A stretch of DNA of 19,113 bases, from the NCBI GenBank assembly GCA_043812975.1, contig JBDRLP010000031.1, positions 1 to 19,113 on the forward strand, in the 5' to 3' direction. The position numbers and the translations under genes are program-made. The first letter of the stretch is position 1. Each line of letters opens with the position of its first letter. Of this stretch, positions 8,503 through 16,579 are shown piece by piece. Source of the stretch: Candidatus Iainarchaeum sp. GTDB taxonomy: Archaea > Iainarchaeota > Iainarchaeia > Iainarchaeales > Iainarchaeaceae. The notes under the pieces were generated by a model. It did not search any database. It was not told the DNA's origin and saw nothing but the letters and a program-made list of their open reading frames with translations.

Positions 8503-9719
8503 AGAAAATAATGATTATTTTTGCAGTTTTATTTTTAGCAGGCTTTTCTTGTGCATTAACGCTAAAATCCGGACAGACTAATTATGAAAAAGGAAGCGAA
8601 ATAATTCTTTCCGGTTCATGTGACCTTGGAAGTATGCATCGGTTAAGTGCAGAGCTTGGTAACAAAAAAATTTTTGATGAACAAGTAAGTTGTTTTAGTG
8701 ATGGAAAGTTTGATTTCAAATACCAAACTAATTTTTTAGATCCTAGTGGCAACTGGAGAATAAAATTGTTTACTGCTGAAAACGAAACAGATATAATTGT
8801 AATAGTAAAACCAATTCCAGAATCAGCATTTTACAGAATAACTTTTTTGAGTCCCGCGGGAGTAGCATTCAAACGAGGGGAAACCATATTTCTAAGTGTT
8901 GAAATAACAGATTCAGGGAAAATCGTGGATGATGCGCAAGTTATAATGTATGACGTATTCGGAAGAAGAATAGATCTCAAAAGAGAGGGAAACGGAATTT
9001 ATGATTTGAATTATGGCATTCCTTTTGATGCCCCTGAAGAAAACTGGGTTTTGACAGTTATTGCGCAAAAAGAAGAAAATGGCAAACTTTATGGCGGGGA
9101 AAGAATTTTGGAAATAGATGTTCTCCCGGCATCATTTATTTTCCAGATTATAGAGCCGGTAAACCAGACTTATGAGCAAAGCGATAAAATACCTGTAAAA
9201 GCAAAGGCAACTTATTCAAACGGAGCGAAATTAACCCAGGCAAATATTGAAGTTGCTGAACTGAGAGTGGGTCAGGAAAGAACTCCTTTTGAGATAAATT
9301 CTAACGGAGAACTTATTCTGGCTTACGAACCAAAAGAAACAGGGAACCAGATTTACCGGATTTATCTAAAAGATGCTGCAGGAAATGAAGCAGAACACAA
9401 GATAGAACTAATAATAACCTGCTCAGCAACCTGTCTGATAAAGAATTACGGGTTAATCGTCTTGGTGATTATTCTTGTTTTAGGTGTTGTTTCGAAATTA
9501 TTTTACACTAAAATAAATTACACAATTCAATTATTAAAACTTAAAAACGAAAAAGCAAAAACAACAGAACTAATCAAGGATTTACAAAGAGAGTATTTTG
9601 AAAAAGCCGTTATGCCTGCAACAAGCTATAAGCGTAACATGGCTATATACAAGTCAAAATTAATAGAACTTGATGAAAAAGTAAAACAGATGGAAAATAA
9701 GATTCAACAGGAAAAATAA
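8499..9719 (+). CDS. Short single-pass surface protein lacking Cys repeats (paralog 3)
   Basis: Signal peptide; FKYQTNFLDPSGNWRIK matches YSYKSFSLDPIGIWNIK (paralog 2) and SNYRTTLINEPGDYIVT (paralog 1). TM at about 9447-9506, tail LQREYFEKAVMPATSY. ATGA overlap and a GGTGA SD. Confidence 0.82.
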   Translation: MKKIMIIFAVLFLAGFSCALTLKSGQTNYEKGSEIILSGSCDLGSMHRLSAELGNKKIFDEQVSCFSDGKFDFKYQTNFLDPSGNWRIKLFTAENETDIIVIVKPIPESAFYRITFLSPAGVAFKRGETIFLSVEITDSGKIVDDAQVIMYDVFGRRIDLKREGNGIYDLNYGIPFDAPEENWVLTVIAQKEENGKLYGGERILEIDVLPASFIFQIIEPVNQTYEQSDKIPVKAKATYSNGAKLTQANIEVAELRVGQERTPFEINSNGELILAYEPKETGNQIYRIYLKDAAGNEAEHKIELIITCSATCLIKNYGLIVLVIILVLGVVSKLFYTKINYTIQLLKLKNEKAKTTELIKDLQREYFEKAVMPATSYKRNMAIYKSKLIELDEKVKQMENKIQQEK

Positions 9720-9755
9720 AGTATTTTAAATAAAGAAAAGTAATTGGTTTTGAAT

Positions 9756-12158
9756 ATGGATGAAAAAAGAAAACAAGCTATTTTGATTGCAACAAAAAAA
9801 TTGCTTGAAAGCAAAACTCCTGAAAAAGAAATATCAGTATCTTTAGGTGAATTTGGAGTAACCAAAGAACAGGCTCTTGTACTTATTAAAGAAGCAAAAT
9901 CGTCAAAAACACTCAAACCCTTACCAAAACCAGTACTTCAGAAGAAAGTATTGCTCGTGAAAAACCCAAAACCAGTTGAGAAACCAAAAATACCTGAACC
10001 AAAACCAGCCCCTGGATTAAAAGTAGAATCAAAAAAGGAAACTCTGAAAAAAATTGATGCGGAAAAACAAAAAATCCCGAAACAAAAAATCGAAATTCCT
10101 CTTAAGAAGGATTTCCCGGAAAATGATAATTTGTTTAAACAGGTGGAAAAACAAACAGAAGAATTAGAAAAAGAACCGAATAAAGAGAAAAAAAGTTTAT
10201 TTTCAGGATTTTTCCGAAAAAAGGAAAGCACCCCGAAAAAGGAAAGCACTCCAAAACAGAAAAGTCAGTTGCAAAATAAAAAAACATTTATCCCGAAACT
10301 AAAAAAAGGCGGAAAAGCAAAAGTAAAAGAAATACTTGTAGAATCTAAGCTTGGAAAACAAACAATGAAAAAAGTAAAAGAAACTTCTTCTGTTAAAATT
10401 CCAGTTAAGAAAGAAACTTTCTCAAAGCCAGAAGAAAAGAAAAAAGATGTGAATAAAGAAATTGTGCTTAATTCTGAAATAAAAAAGCTAGAAAAAAAAA
10501 TAGAACAACCGAAAAATCTTACAGGGTTTTCGTTTTCCAGCAGTCTTGACGTTTTAGAAAAAAAGGTAGAAAAAGGAGAAGATATTGAAACTGCAGTAAA
10601 AGAAATGAGTCAGGAAAAAGCAATGAAAAAGATTAAATCCTCTGAAATAACTATTCTTATAATCCCTAATAAAGAATACAGCCACGGTATTTCTACTTTG
10701 CTGACAAAAGTAGGGGCTTCTTATAAAAAAATTATTTATGTGAACCTGAATGAGGTTTACAAAAGTTTAATGCAGCACTTAAGGAATCTTAATTTAAAAC
10801 ATGAAAAATTCTTTTTTGTTGACGCAGTAACTCTAACTTCTGATAAAAGTACAACAAAAGAAGAAAACACTATTTTTGTAAGCAGTCCAAATTCATTAAT
10901 AGAATTAAGTCTAGGAATAACTCAGGCATTGAATACTCAAAATGCTGATGCGTTACTTTTTGATTCGCTTTCAACACTTTTGATTTATGAAAAAGAATCA
11001 ACAGTAACAAAATTTATCCATTCCCTAATCGGAAAAATAAAAGCGTCAGGAATAGATGCATTTTTTACTGCTCTTGAAGGAGATTCTCAGAGTGAATCAA
11101 TAAAGGACCTTGGGATGTTTGTTGATCGCGTTAATACTTTAACCGAGTTTGAACTTGGAGAAATGGGGTTCCCTAATCAGCAATCATCAATGAGAATGCA
11201 GCCAATGCAGATTAGTCAAACATTTTCTGCTCCGAAACGTTCCAGAAATGATTTAAATGTTCAGAATGAACAGAATAAGATAGTTACCCAAGAAATGGAA
11301 GGACTTAAACAAAGACTTCAGGAAATGCAAAATACAAAAGAAGTTACAAAATCACTTAATGAACTGAAAGGCAAAATAAGCAAAATTGACGATTTGAAGA
11401 ACCTTCAGGAACAGGTTAGGGAAATTTCTCAAAAAATTGAAAAAAAATCGGAAAAAACAATCGATAAAGACCTGATTAATGAAATTTCTAGGTTAGAGAA
11501 AAAGATAGATTCAACACAGAAAAAGAAAGTCAAAACTGAAGACAACCAAGCCAACAAGGAAATCCAAAAAGCACTGAAAACATTGAATGAAAAAATAACT
11601 AAAATAGAAAACCTTTCAAGTTTGCAGACAAAAGTAAAAAATCTTTCAGAAAAAATAGACAAGAAAAAAGAAAAACCCGTAGATAAAATTATGATAAATC
11701 AAATAAGCAAACTCGAGAAAAAAATCGGTTCTTTGGAAAAAAGGTTAGCAAAAAAAATGCGTGACAAAAAAACAAAAGACGAAAAAACCACGCTCAAAGA
11801 AAAACTTGCGATTCACAAAAAACAAATTGATTTGGAAAGCATGATGAATGACTTTTATAAAACAGATGTCAGCAAAATAAATCCTAATAATGTTATGACC
11901 AAGAAATTTGAACAGAATCTTGACAACAAAACAGGTGTTTTAACTAAGGCTTACAGAAAAGGAATTATTTCAAAGAACATTTACTCCAAAGGAAAAAAGA
12001 GAATAAAGCAAGAAGCAAAGCGTTTGAAGTATGCTGCTCAGATGAGTTCCCTTGAAAAAAATCTTAATGCGTTGAATGAAGCTTATGATTCAGGCATAAT
12101 AAGTAAGGAATCCTATGCAAAAGGAAAAGTAAGGCTTGAGAAATTGCTGAAATCGTAA
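9756..12158 (+). CDS. Multidomain cytoplasmic protein: N-terminal helical domain, K/E/P-rich linker, inactive KaiC/RecA-fold (DUF835-like) domain, duplicated coiled coil, two SHOCT-like repeats
   Basis: LLFDSLSTLLIY..KFIHSLIGK..FVD motif with no Walker A (about 10644-11141). AYRKGIISKNIY and AYDSGIISKESY at the C-terminus. ATG 9756 is preferred over TTG 9744 because TTTTAAATA lies at 9724-9732. Confidence 0.8.
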   Translation: MDEKRKQAILIATKKLLESKTPEKEISVSLGEFGVTKEQALVLIKEAKSSKTLKPLPKPVLQKKVLLVKNPKPVEKPKIPEPKPAPGLKVESKKETLKKIDAEKQKIPKQKIEIPLKKDFPENDNLFKQVEKQTEELEKEPNKEKKSLFSGFFRKKESTPKKESTPKQKSQLQNKKTFIPKLKKGGKAKVKEILVESKLGKQTMKKVKETSSVKIPVKKETFSKPEEKKKDVNKEIVLNSEIKKLEKKIEQPKNLTGFSFSSSLDVLEKKVEKGEDIETAVKEMSQEKAMKKIKSSEITILIIPNKEYSHGISTLLTKVGASYKKIIYVNLNEVYKSLMQHLRNLNLKHEKFFFVDAVTLTSDKSTTKEENTIFVSSPNSLIELSLGITQALNTQNADALLFDSLSTLLIYEKESTVTKFIHSLIGKIKASGIDAFFTALEGDSQSESIKDLGMFVDRVNTLTEFELGEMGFPNQQSSMRMQPMQISQTFSAPKRSRNDLNVQNEQNKIVTQEMEGLKQRLQEMQNTKEVTKSLNELKGKISKIDDLKNLQEQVREISQKIEKKSEKTIDKDLINEISRLEKKIDSTQKKKVKTEDNQANKEIQKALKTLNEKITKIENLSSLQTKVKNLSEKIDKKKEKPVDKIMINQISKLEKKIGSLEKRLAKKMRDKKTKDEKTTLKEKLAIHKKQIDLESMMNDFYKTDVSKINPNNVMTKKFEQNLDNKTGVLTKAYRKGIISKNIYSKGKKRIKQEAKRLKYAAQMSSLEKNLNALNEAYDSGIISKESYAKGKVRLEKLLKS
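10218..10253 (+). repeat. 18-bp in-frame tandem duplication (KKESTP x2)
   Basis: aaaaaggaaagcaccccg followed by aaaaaggaaagcactcca. Confidence 0.85.
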
Positions 12159-12208
12159 AAGAAACGTTTAAAAAGGAAAAAGAGTTTATATTTTAGAACA
12201 ATTTTGAG

Positions 12209-12625
12209 ATGAATCTAATGCCTAAAAAGAAAAAAATAGTTAAAAGATCCAAGAAATCAGTAAAAAAAATAAGGGCAAAAAAGCCTGTTAGAAGGAAAAA
12301 AACAACCAGAAAAACAACAAAAAAAGCTTCAGATAGATATGAGGAGCATCATTCTGTTTTAAGAGAGGCATTAAAGGATATTGCTAAGGAACTCAATCAG
12401 CTTAGAGAAGCAAAAGCAGAGATGGAAGGGACTTTAGATGATGTTGTTGGTGACATTACTTCTACTCAAAATAAGGAAGTTCAATTAAAAGATCAGCTTA
12501 GAAAACTTAGTTCTGTTGAAAATTCTCTAACTCTTAAAAGAGCAAGAATGAGAAAGAAACTGGAGAACGTCAAAGCCAGAATAAGCAAGGTAAGACAGCT
12601 TTCCAATCAGATGGAAAATATCTAA
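12209..12625 (+). CDS. Small protein with a highly basic N-terminal tail and C-terminal coiled coil
   Basis: MPKKKKIVKRSKKSVKKIRAKKPVRRKK..., then heptads (LKDIAKELNQLREAKAEMEGTLDDV). The start may be 12218; TATA-like TTTATATT at 12185. Confidence 0.75.
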   Translation: MNLMPKKKKIVKRSKKSVKKIRAKKPVRRKKTTRKTTKKASDRYEEHHSVLREALKDIAKELNQLREAKAEMEGTLDDVVGDITSTQNKEVQLKDQLRKLSSVENSLTLKRARMRKKLENVKARISKVRQLSNQMENI

Positions 12626-12643
12626 AACTATTTTTTTCAAAAA

Positions 12644-13861
12644 TTAGTCTTCTCTGAATATTTCCTGATCAATATAAATTTCAAAACCGCGCGGAGTAAT
12701 TTTGTATGGTACTAATTTTTTTGCATGTGCGCTACTCCTTAGTTTTAAAATTTCCAAAGCATTTTCTCTGTTGTTATGAACTTTAATATTATAAAAAACA
12801 ACAACTGCATCAGCAAGGAACTCTTCAATACCTAATCGTGAGTAAACATTAGGTAGTTGTTCTGTTTCCCCAAAAACTAAATTTACTGAACCATAATTTT
12901 CAAGTGTTTGAAACAAATGCCTCAAATATTGTCTATATCCCTGGTGGTTGTCAACAAAAGCAATTGATAAAGCTGATAATGAATCAACTACAACTCTTTC
13001 AGGTTTGAAAGGAAGATCAAACTGGAAAGGCAAATCAAATTGTTCAAATTCGATGTAAAGACCGCCTCTTTCTTTTGTTAAAGTTGCTTCAACGGCTCTG
13101 GCAATAGTCAAAGGATCAATTTTAATTATTGCGAGCATTCCTTCTTTTTCCAGTGCATCAAGATCCCACCCAAAATTTTCCATCATGTTTTCCTTAATTT
13201 TTTCACCTGTTTCCTCTAAAGTTAAATAAACTCCTTTTTCTTTTCTCAGTTTGGCGCCTTCATAAATAAACTGCATTCCAAAAGTTGTTTTTCCTGTTCC
13301 TGCACCCCCTGAAATTAGAATTGTGTCTCCTCTTTTGAATCCGCCTCTGTCGATTAGTTTGTCAAAATCACTAACAAGTACAGGAACGGTTTTCCTGAAC
13401 TGTGTTTTTTTGTAAGTATAGTGTCCAGGGGCTTTTGATTTAAGTTCTGCTTCAGCTTTCTCAAAATCAGGCTCATCACTTTTGCCCAATAAAGAAAAGC
13501 CTTGTTTTTTAAAAGGTTTTTCTTTTGTTGATTTGAAAAAACTTTCATCTGAAGAATTCCAAAAATCAGCGCCAGAGTTGCTTGCAGAAGCGTTTCTTTC
13601 TTTTCCCTGATTGTTTTTATTAATCAAAGATTCTCCTGAGTCCCAAAAACTGTTATTAGACGTGTTTTTTTCTATAGGTTTCTCTGCATTTTTATTTTCA
13701 ATAGGCTTTGGGGTGGCGTCTTTTGCTGCATCCAAAATAGTCTTTGCTTCTTCCTTGCTGACGCCTATATCAGTCATACTCTTCATTGCTTCTTCTTCCG
13801 AGGTCCCAGTATTAATAAGCCTCTTGGTAGCATCGATAAGTCTTTGTTTGTTTTCAACCAT
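12644..13861 (-). CDS. Single-domain KaiC/RAD55-family ATPase with an N-terminal helical domain and disordered linker
   Basis: Walker A GGAGTGKT, catalytic TLEE, MENFGWD, Walker B RVVVDS, IEEFLADAVV and LKLR finger. Confidence 0.92.
   Translation of the reverse strand: MVENKQRLIDATKRLINTGTSEEEAMKSMTDIGVSKEEAKTILDAAKDATPKPIENKNAEKPIEKNTSNNSFWDSGESLINKNNQGKERNASASNSGADFWNSSDESFFKSTKEKPFKKQGFSLLGKSDEPDFEKAEAELKSKAPGHYTYKKTQFRKTVPVLVSDFDKLIDRGGFKRGDTILISGGAGTGKTTFGMQFIYEGAKLRKEKGVYLTLEETGEKIKENMMENFGWDLDALEKEGMLAIIKIDPLTIARAVEATLTKERGGLYIEFEQFDLPFQFDLPFKPERVVVDSLSALSIAFVDNHQGYRQYLRHLFQTLENYGSVNLVFGETEQLPNVYSRLGIEEFLADAVVVFYNIKVHNNRENALEILKLRSSAHAKKLVPYKITPRGFEIYIDQEIFRED
13007..13042 (-). repeat. 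18-bp in-frame tandem duplication (QFDLPF x2)
   Basis: Minus strand caatttgatttgcctttc / cagtttgatcttcctttc; all differences are synonymous. Confidence 0.85.
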
Positions 13862-13957
13862 ACAAGCAAATAGTATATTTTAATGAATATAAAATTGTTT
13901 AGGTGTAGAAGATAGTCTTAATAATAGCCTCTTGGCTTATTTTTTGAGTGAATTTTA
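13862..13957. promoter_or_regulatory. Divergent promoter region between the two KaiC-like genes
   Basis: Minus-strand TTTTATAT at 13895-13888, about 30 nt before ATG 13861; plus-strand TTAATAAT at about 13918. Confidence 0.45.
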
Positions 13958-14686
13958 ATGCCGGAAAAAACTATTGAAAAAACCACTGAAAAATTTGATG
14001 TTAAAAGAGTCAAATCAGGAGTTGAAGGCCTTGATGAAATGATGAACGGAGGAATTCCACGGGGAAACTTAGTTGTTTTAAGCGGAGATCCTGGTTCTGG
14101 AAAAACAGTGTTATGTTGGCAGTTTATTTATGAAGGAATAACAAAATTCAATGAAAATGCAGTTTATGTTTCTTTGGAAGAAACAGAAGAAACTATTTAT
14201 GCGGGTGCGAAAGAATTTGGTTGGGATTTGAAGAAACTTGTTGATGAAGGAAAATTATTAATAATTACAATTGAACTTTATGATTTTGAAAGATTAAAGG
14301 CCGCGGTGGAAGATAACGTAAAAGCAATTGGTGCAAAAAGAGTGGTTATTGATCCCGGGGTTATATTCAGATTATTTTTTGATCGTGAGTTAGATGCAAG
14401 AAAAAGAATTGTTTCACTTGGAAAAATGTTAAAGGCAATAGGAACAACAACAATAATCACAAATGAAATAAGCCTTGACAAAATATCCTCTTTATATGGT
14501 TTGGAAGAATACGTTGCTGACGGAGTAATACTTATTTATCACACCAAAATGAAAAATCGTTTTGTGAGAAGCATCGCAGTTCTAAAAATGAGAAACACTG
14601 AGATAGCTGAAAAATTAAAACCAGTAAAAATCACGAATGAAGGAATAAAAGTTTTGTCAAAATCAGAATTATTTGACGAGGTGTAA
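13958..14686 (+). CDS. Single-domain KaiC/RAD55-family ATPase
   Basis: SGVEGLDEMMNGGIP, Walker A GDPGSGKT, SLEE, FGWD, RVVIDP, LEEYVADGVI, LKMRN. Confidence 0.93.
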   Translation: MPEKTIEKTTEKFDVKRVKSGVEGLDEMMNGGIPRGNLVVLSGDPGSGKTVLCWQFIYEGITKFNENAVYVSLEETEETIYAGAKEFGWDLKKLVDEGKLLIITIELYDFERLKAAVEDNVKAIGAKRVVIDPGVIFRLFFDRELDARKRIVSLGKMLKAIGTTTIITNEISLDKISSLYGLEEYVADGVILIYHTKMKNRFVRSIAVLKMRNTEIAEKLKPVKITNEGIKVLSKSELFDEV

Positions 14687-14689
14687 ATA

Positions 14690-15295
14690 ATGCCAGTTGG
14701 GGATTGGAGTGAAGAAAAACTGGAAAATCTGTTAGATAAACAAAATCAGTTACGTATAAGGGTAACTCATTCTTTGGATGGAATAAAAGAACCTTTTACA
14801 ATTCTTGCATTAGTAAAGCCAAAAGAATACTCTGGAATAAGAGACGGAGTAATACAAAAATATTCAAAATCAGATGTTCAGGTTGTATTCTTGTCTTTAA
14901 ATACAGGTTATGCTAAAATTGTACAGGATTTGCAAAAAGAAAAACTTGTTTCAGATAACATTTTTTTTATTGACATGATTTCTATAGAAAGAAACCTAGA
15001 CCCAAAAAAAGCCTCTAATGTGGTTTATTTAGAGTCACCAACAGACTTAACTGAGGCCATGCTTCAAGTAGTAAAAAAACTTGATGAAAAATCAAGAACT
15101 ATATTAGTACTGGATTCTATTTCAACACTTCTAATTTATAATGATAAATCATCTATTGAAAAGTTTGTCCACACTTTAATAGGAAAAATAAATGCAAATA
15201 AATCTTCAGCCTTACTTTTGACCTCGGATGCAAAGCAGAGTGAAGAAATAACAAAAACAATAAGCCAATTTGTTGATTTTACAATTAATTTTTAA
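14690..15295 (+). CDS. Stand-alone inactive KaiC/RecA-fold (DUF835-like) protein
   Basis: IFFID..ESPTDL..LVLDSISTLLIYN..KFVHTLIGK..SQFVD with no Walker A; starts after a 3-nt gap behind the KaiC-like gene. Confidence 0.82.
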   Translation: MPVGDWSEEKLENLLDKQNQLRIRVTHSLDGIKEPFTILALVKPKEYSGIRDGVIQKYSKSDVQVVFLSLNTGYAKIVQDLQKEKLVSDNIFFIDMISIERNLDPKKASNVVYLESPTDLTEAMLQVVKKLDEKSRTILVLDSISTLLIYNDKSSIEKFVHTLIGKINANKSSALLLTSDAKQSEEITKTISQFVDFTINF

Positions 15296-16562
15296 CTTCG
15301 AATTTTTTATCAAAAATCAGATTAAAAGCATACAAAATTTTTTTATCCACTGCCAAAATTTCCTCGTTAACAGAAACCTTTTCAGATTCTAATTTATTCA
15401 GAGACCAGTTTAATTGTGAAAGTTCTTTGCCTTCGGTTTCCAAATCTGATTCTAATCCTCTTAATTCTGAAGAAATATCAAGACTTGCAACCCTTTTTTC
15501 AATTTGATTAAGATCTGATTGTACATTATTAAGCTTCCAGAAATAATCTGAAAAAAAGTCCTTTTCTATAAGCTTTGACAATGCACTAAATTTCTTTTCT
15601 TTTTCTTTATCTTTGAAAGATATTGTTCCCTGTTTCACTAGTTTTTCGGCTTTCACAATAACACTCTTGAATGCTATCCCTTTCGGATCTAAAGTTATTG
15701 CCCTGGCAGGTGTACTCAAAAGAAAACCCAAAAGTTCCTTTTCTTTCGGATCAAGCATTTTAGTTGATTCTGCAACAGATTGAAGCCTCTTAAGTATTTT
15801 TTCAACAGGGGCTAATTCAGAATTAAAGTTTGCAACAAGTTCCTGTTTTTGTTTTTCAAAAGATTCCTTTTTATTTGCGAATTCATTAAGCGATTCTACT
15901 TCTTTGGAATTTTTTTTGTCAGAAATTTTCCTATCAAGCTTTACAACCATTTTTTCTTTTTCCCTTATCTTGTTTTTTGAATCAGAAATTTTCAATTCCA
16001 ATTCCTCTGAAAGTTTTTTATTTCCCTTAATTTTCTCAAGAAAATCATTTATCTTTTCTAGATTAATTAGTTTTTCAGAAAATGCTTTCTTCTGAAGTTC
16101 TTCTAAAGTCTCAAGGAGTTCTTTCAGATCATTGCCGATTGAATTCACTTCATCTTTAAGCATTAATTTTGCCAAAGCAATATTTTTCCAGTAAGGCATC
16201 AAATCATTAGTAATAACTAAATTAGATTTTGTAATATACTCTCTTAGAGTATCTGATTCAAACTTAGTTGGAGGGACAATTTTTTTAGAAATCCCTTTCA
16301 ACTGCCTAACAAGATTTTTTTGGGAAGTAACAACAATTTGTCTGTATTTTTTATTGCCTTCATTTAGGTCTATTTTATGGTTTTCAAACAAAGAAGCACT
16401 TTTGGTTAATCTAATTGAAAGATGCTTTATTTCCGCAAATTTTTTGGAAGAAAAATCAAGAATATCTTTCTTTTCAGCATCAAATTCACTCATAGCTAGT
16501 TTCTTTGCTTCCTCTAAAGAAACAGACTTTGCTTTTTGTTTTAAAAAATCCAGCATTCCCAT
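15285..16562 (-). CDS. Long coiled-coil hypothetical protein
   Basis: K/E/L-rich heptads throughout with no ATPase motifs. Likely start ATG 16562 or 16556 (MGMLDFLK) rather than GTG 16598. Its 3' end overlaps the convergent gene by 11 nt. Confidence 0.75.
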   Translation of the reverse strand: MGMLDFLKQKAKSVSLEEAKKLAMSEFDAEKKDILDFSSKKFAEIKHLSIRLTKSASLFENHKIDLNEGNKKYRQIVVTSQKNLVRQLKGISKKIVPPTKFESDTLREYITKSNLVITNDLMPYWKNIALAKLMLKDEVNSIGNDLKELLETLEELQKKAFSEKLINLEKINDFLEKIKGNKKLSEELELKISDSKNKIREKEKMVVKLDRKISDKKNSKEVESLNEFANKKESFEKQKQELVANFNSELAPVEKILKRLQSVAESTKMLDPKEKELLGFLLSTPARAITLDPKGIAFKSVIVKAEKLVKQGTISFKDKEKEKKFSALSKLIEKDFFSDYFWKLNNVQSDLNQIEKRVASLDISSELRGLESDLETEGKELSQLNWSLNKLESEKVSVNEEILAVDKKILYAFNLIFDKKFEVKN

Positions 16563-16579
16563 AAAAAATATTCCTCTAA

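Noticed and set aside
12644..14686. Circadian KaiABC clock or archaellum FlaH operon
   Set aside because: The proteins are single-domain with no S/T phosphosites, and no kaiA/kaiB or flaI/flaJ genes are in the window.
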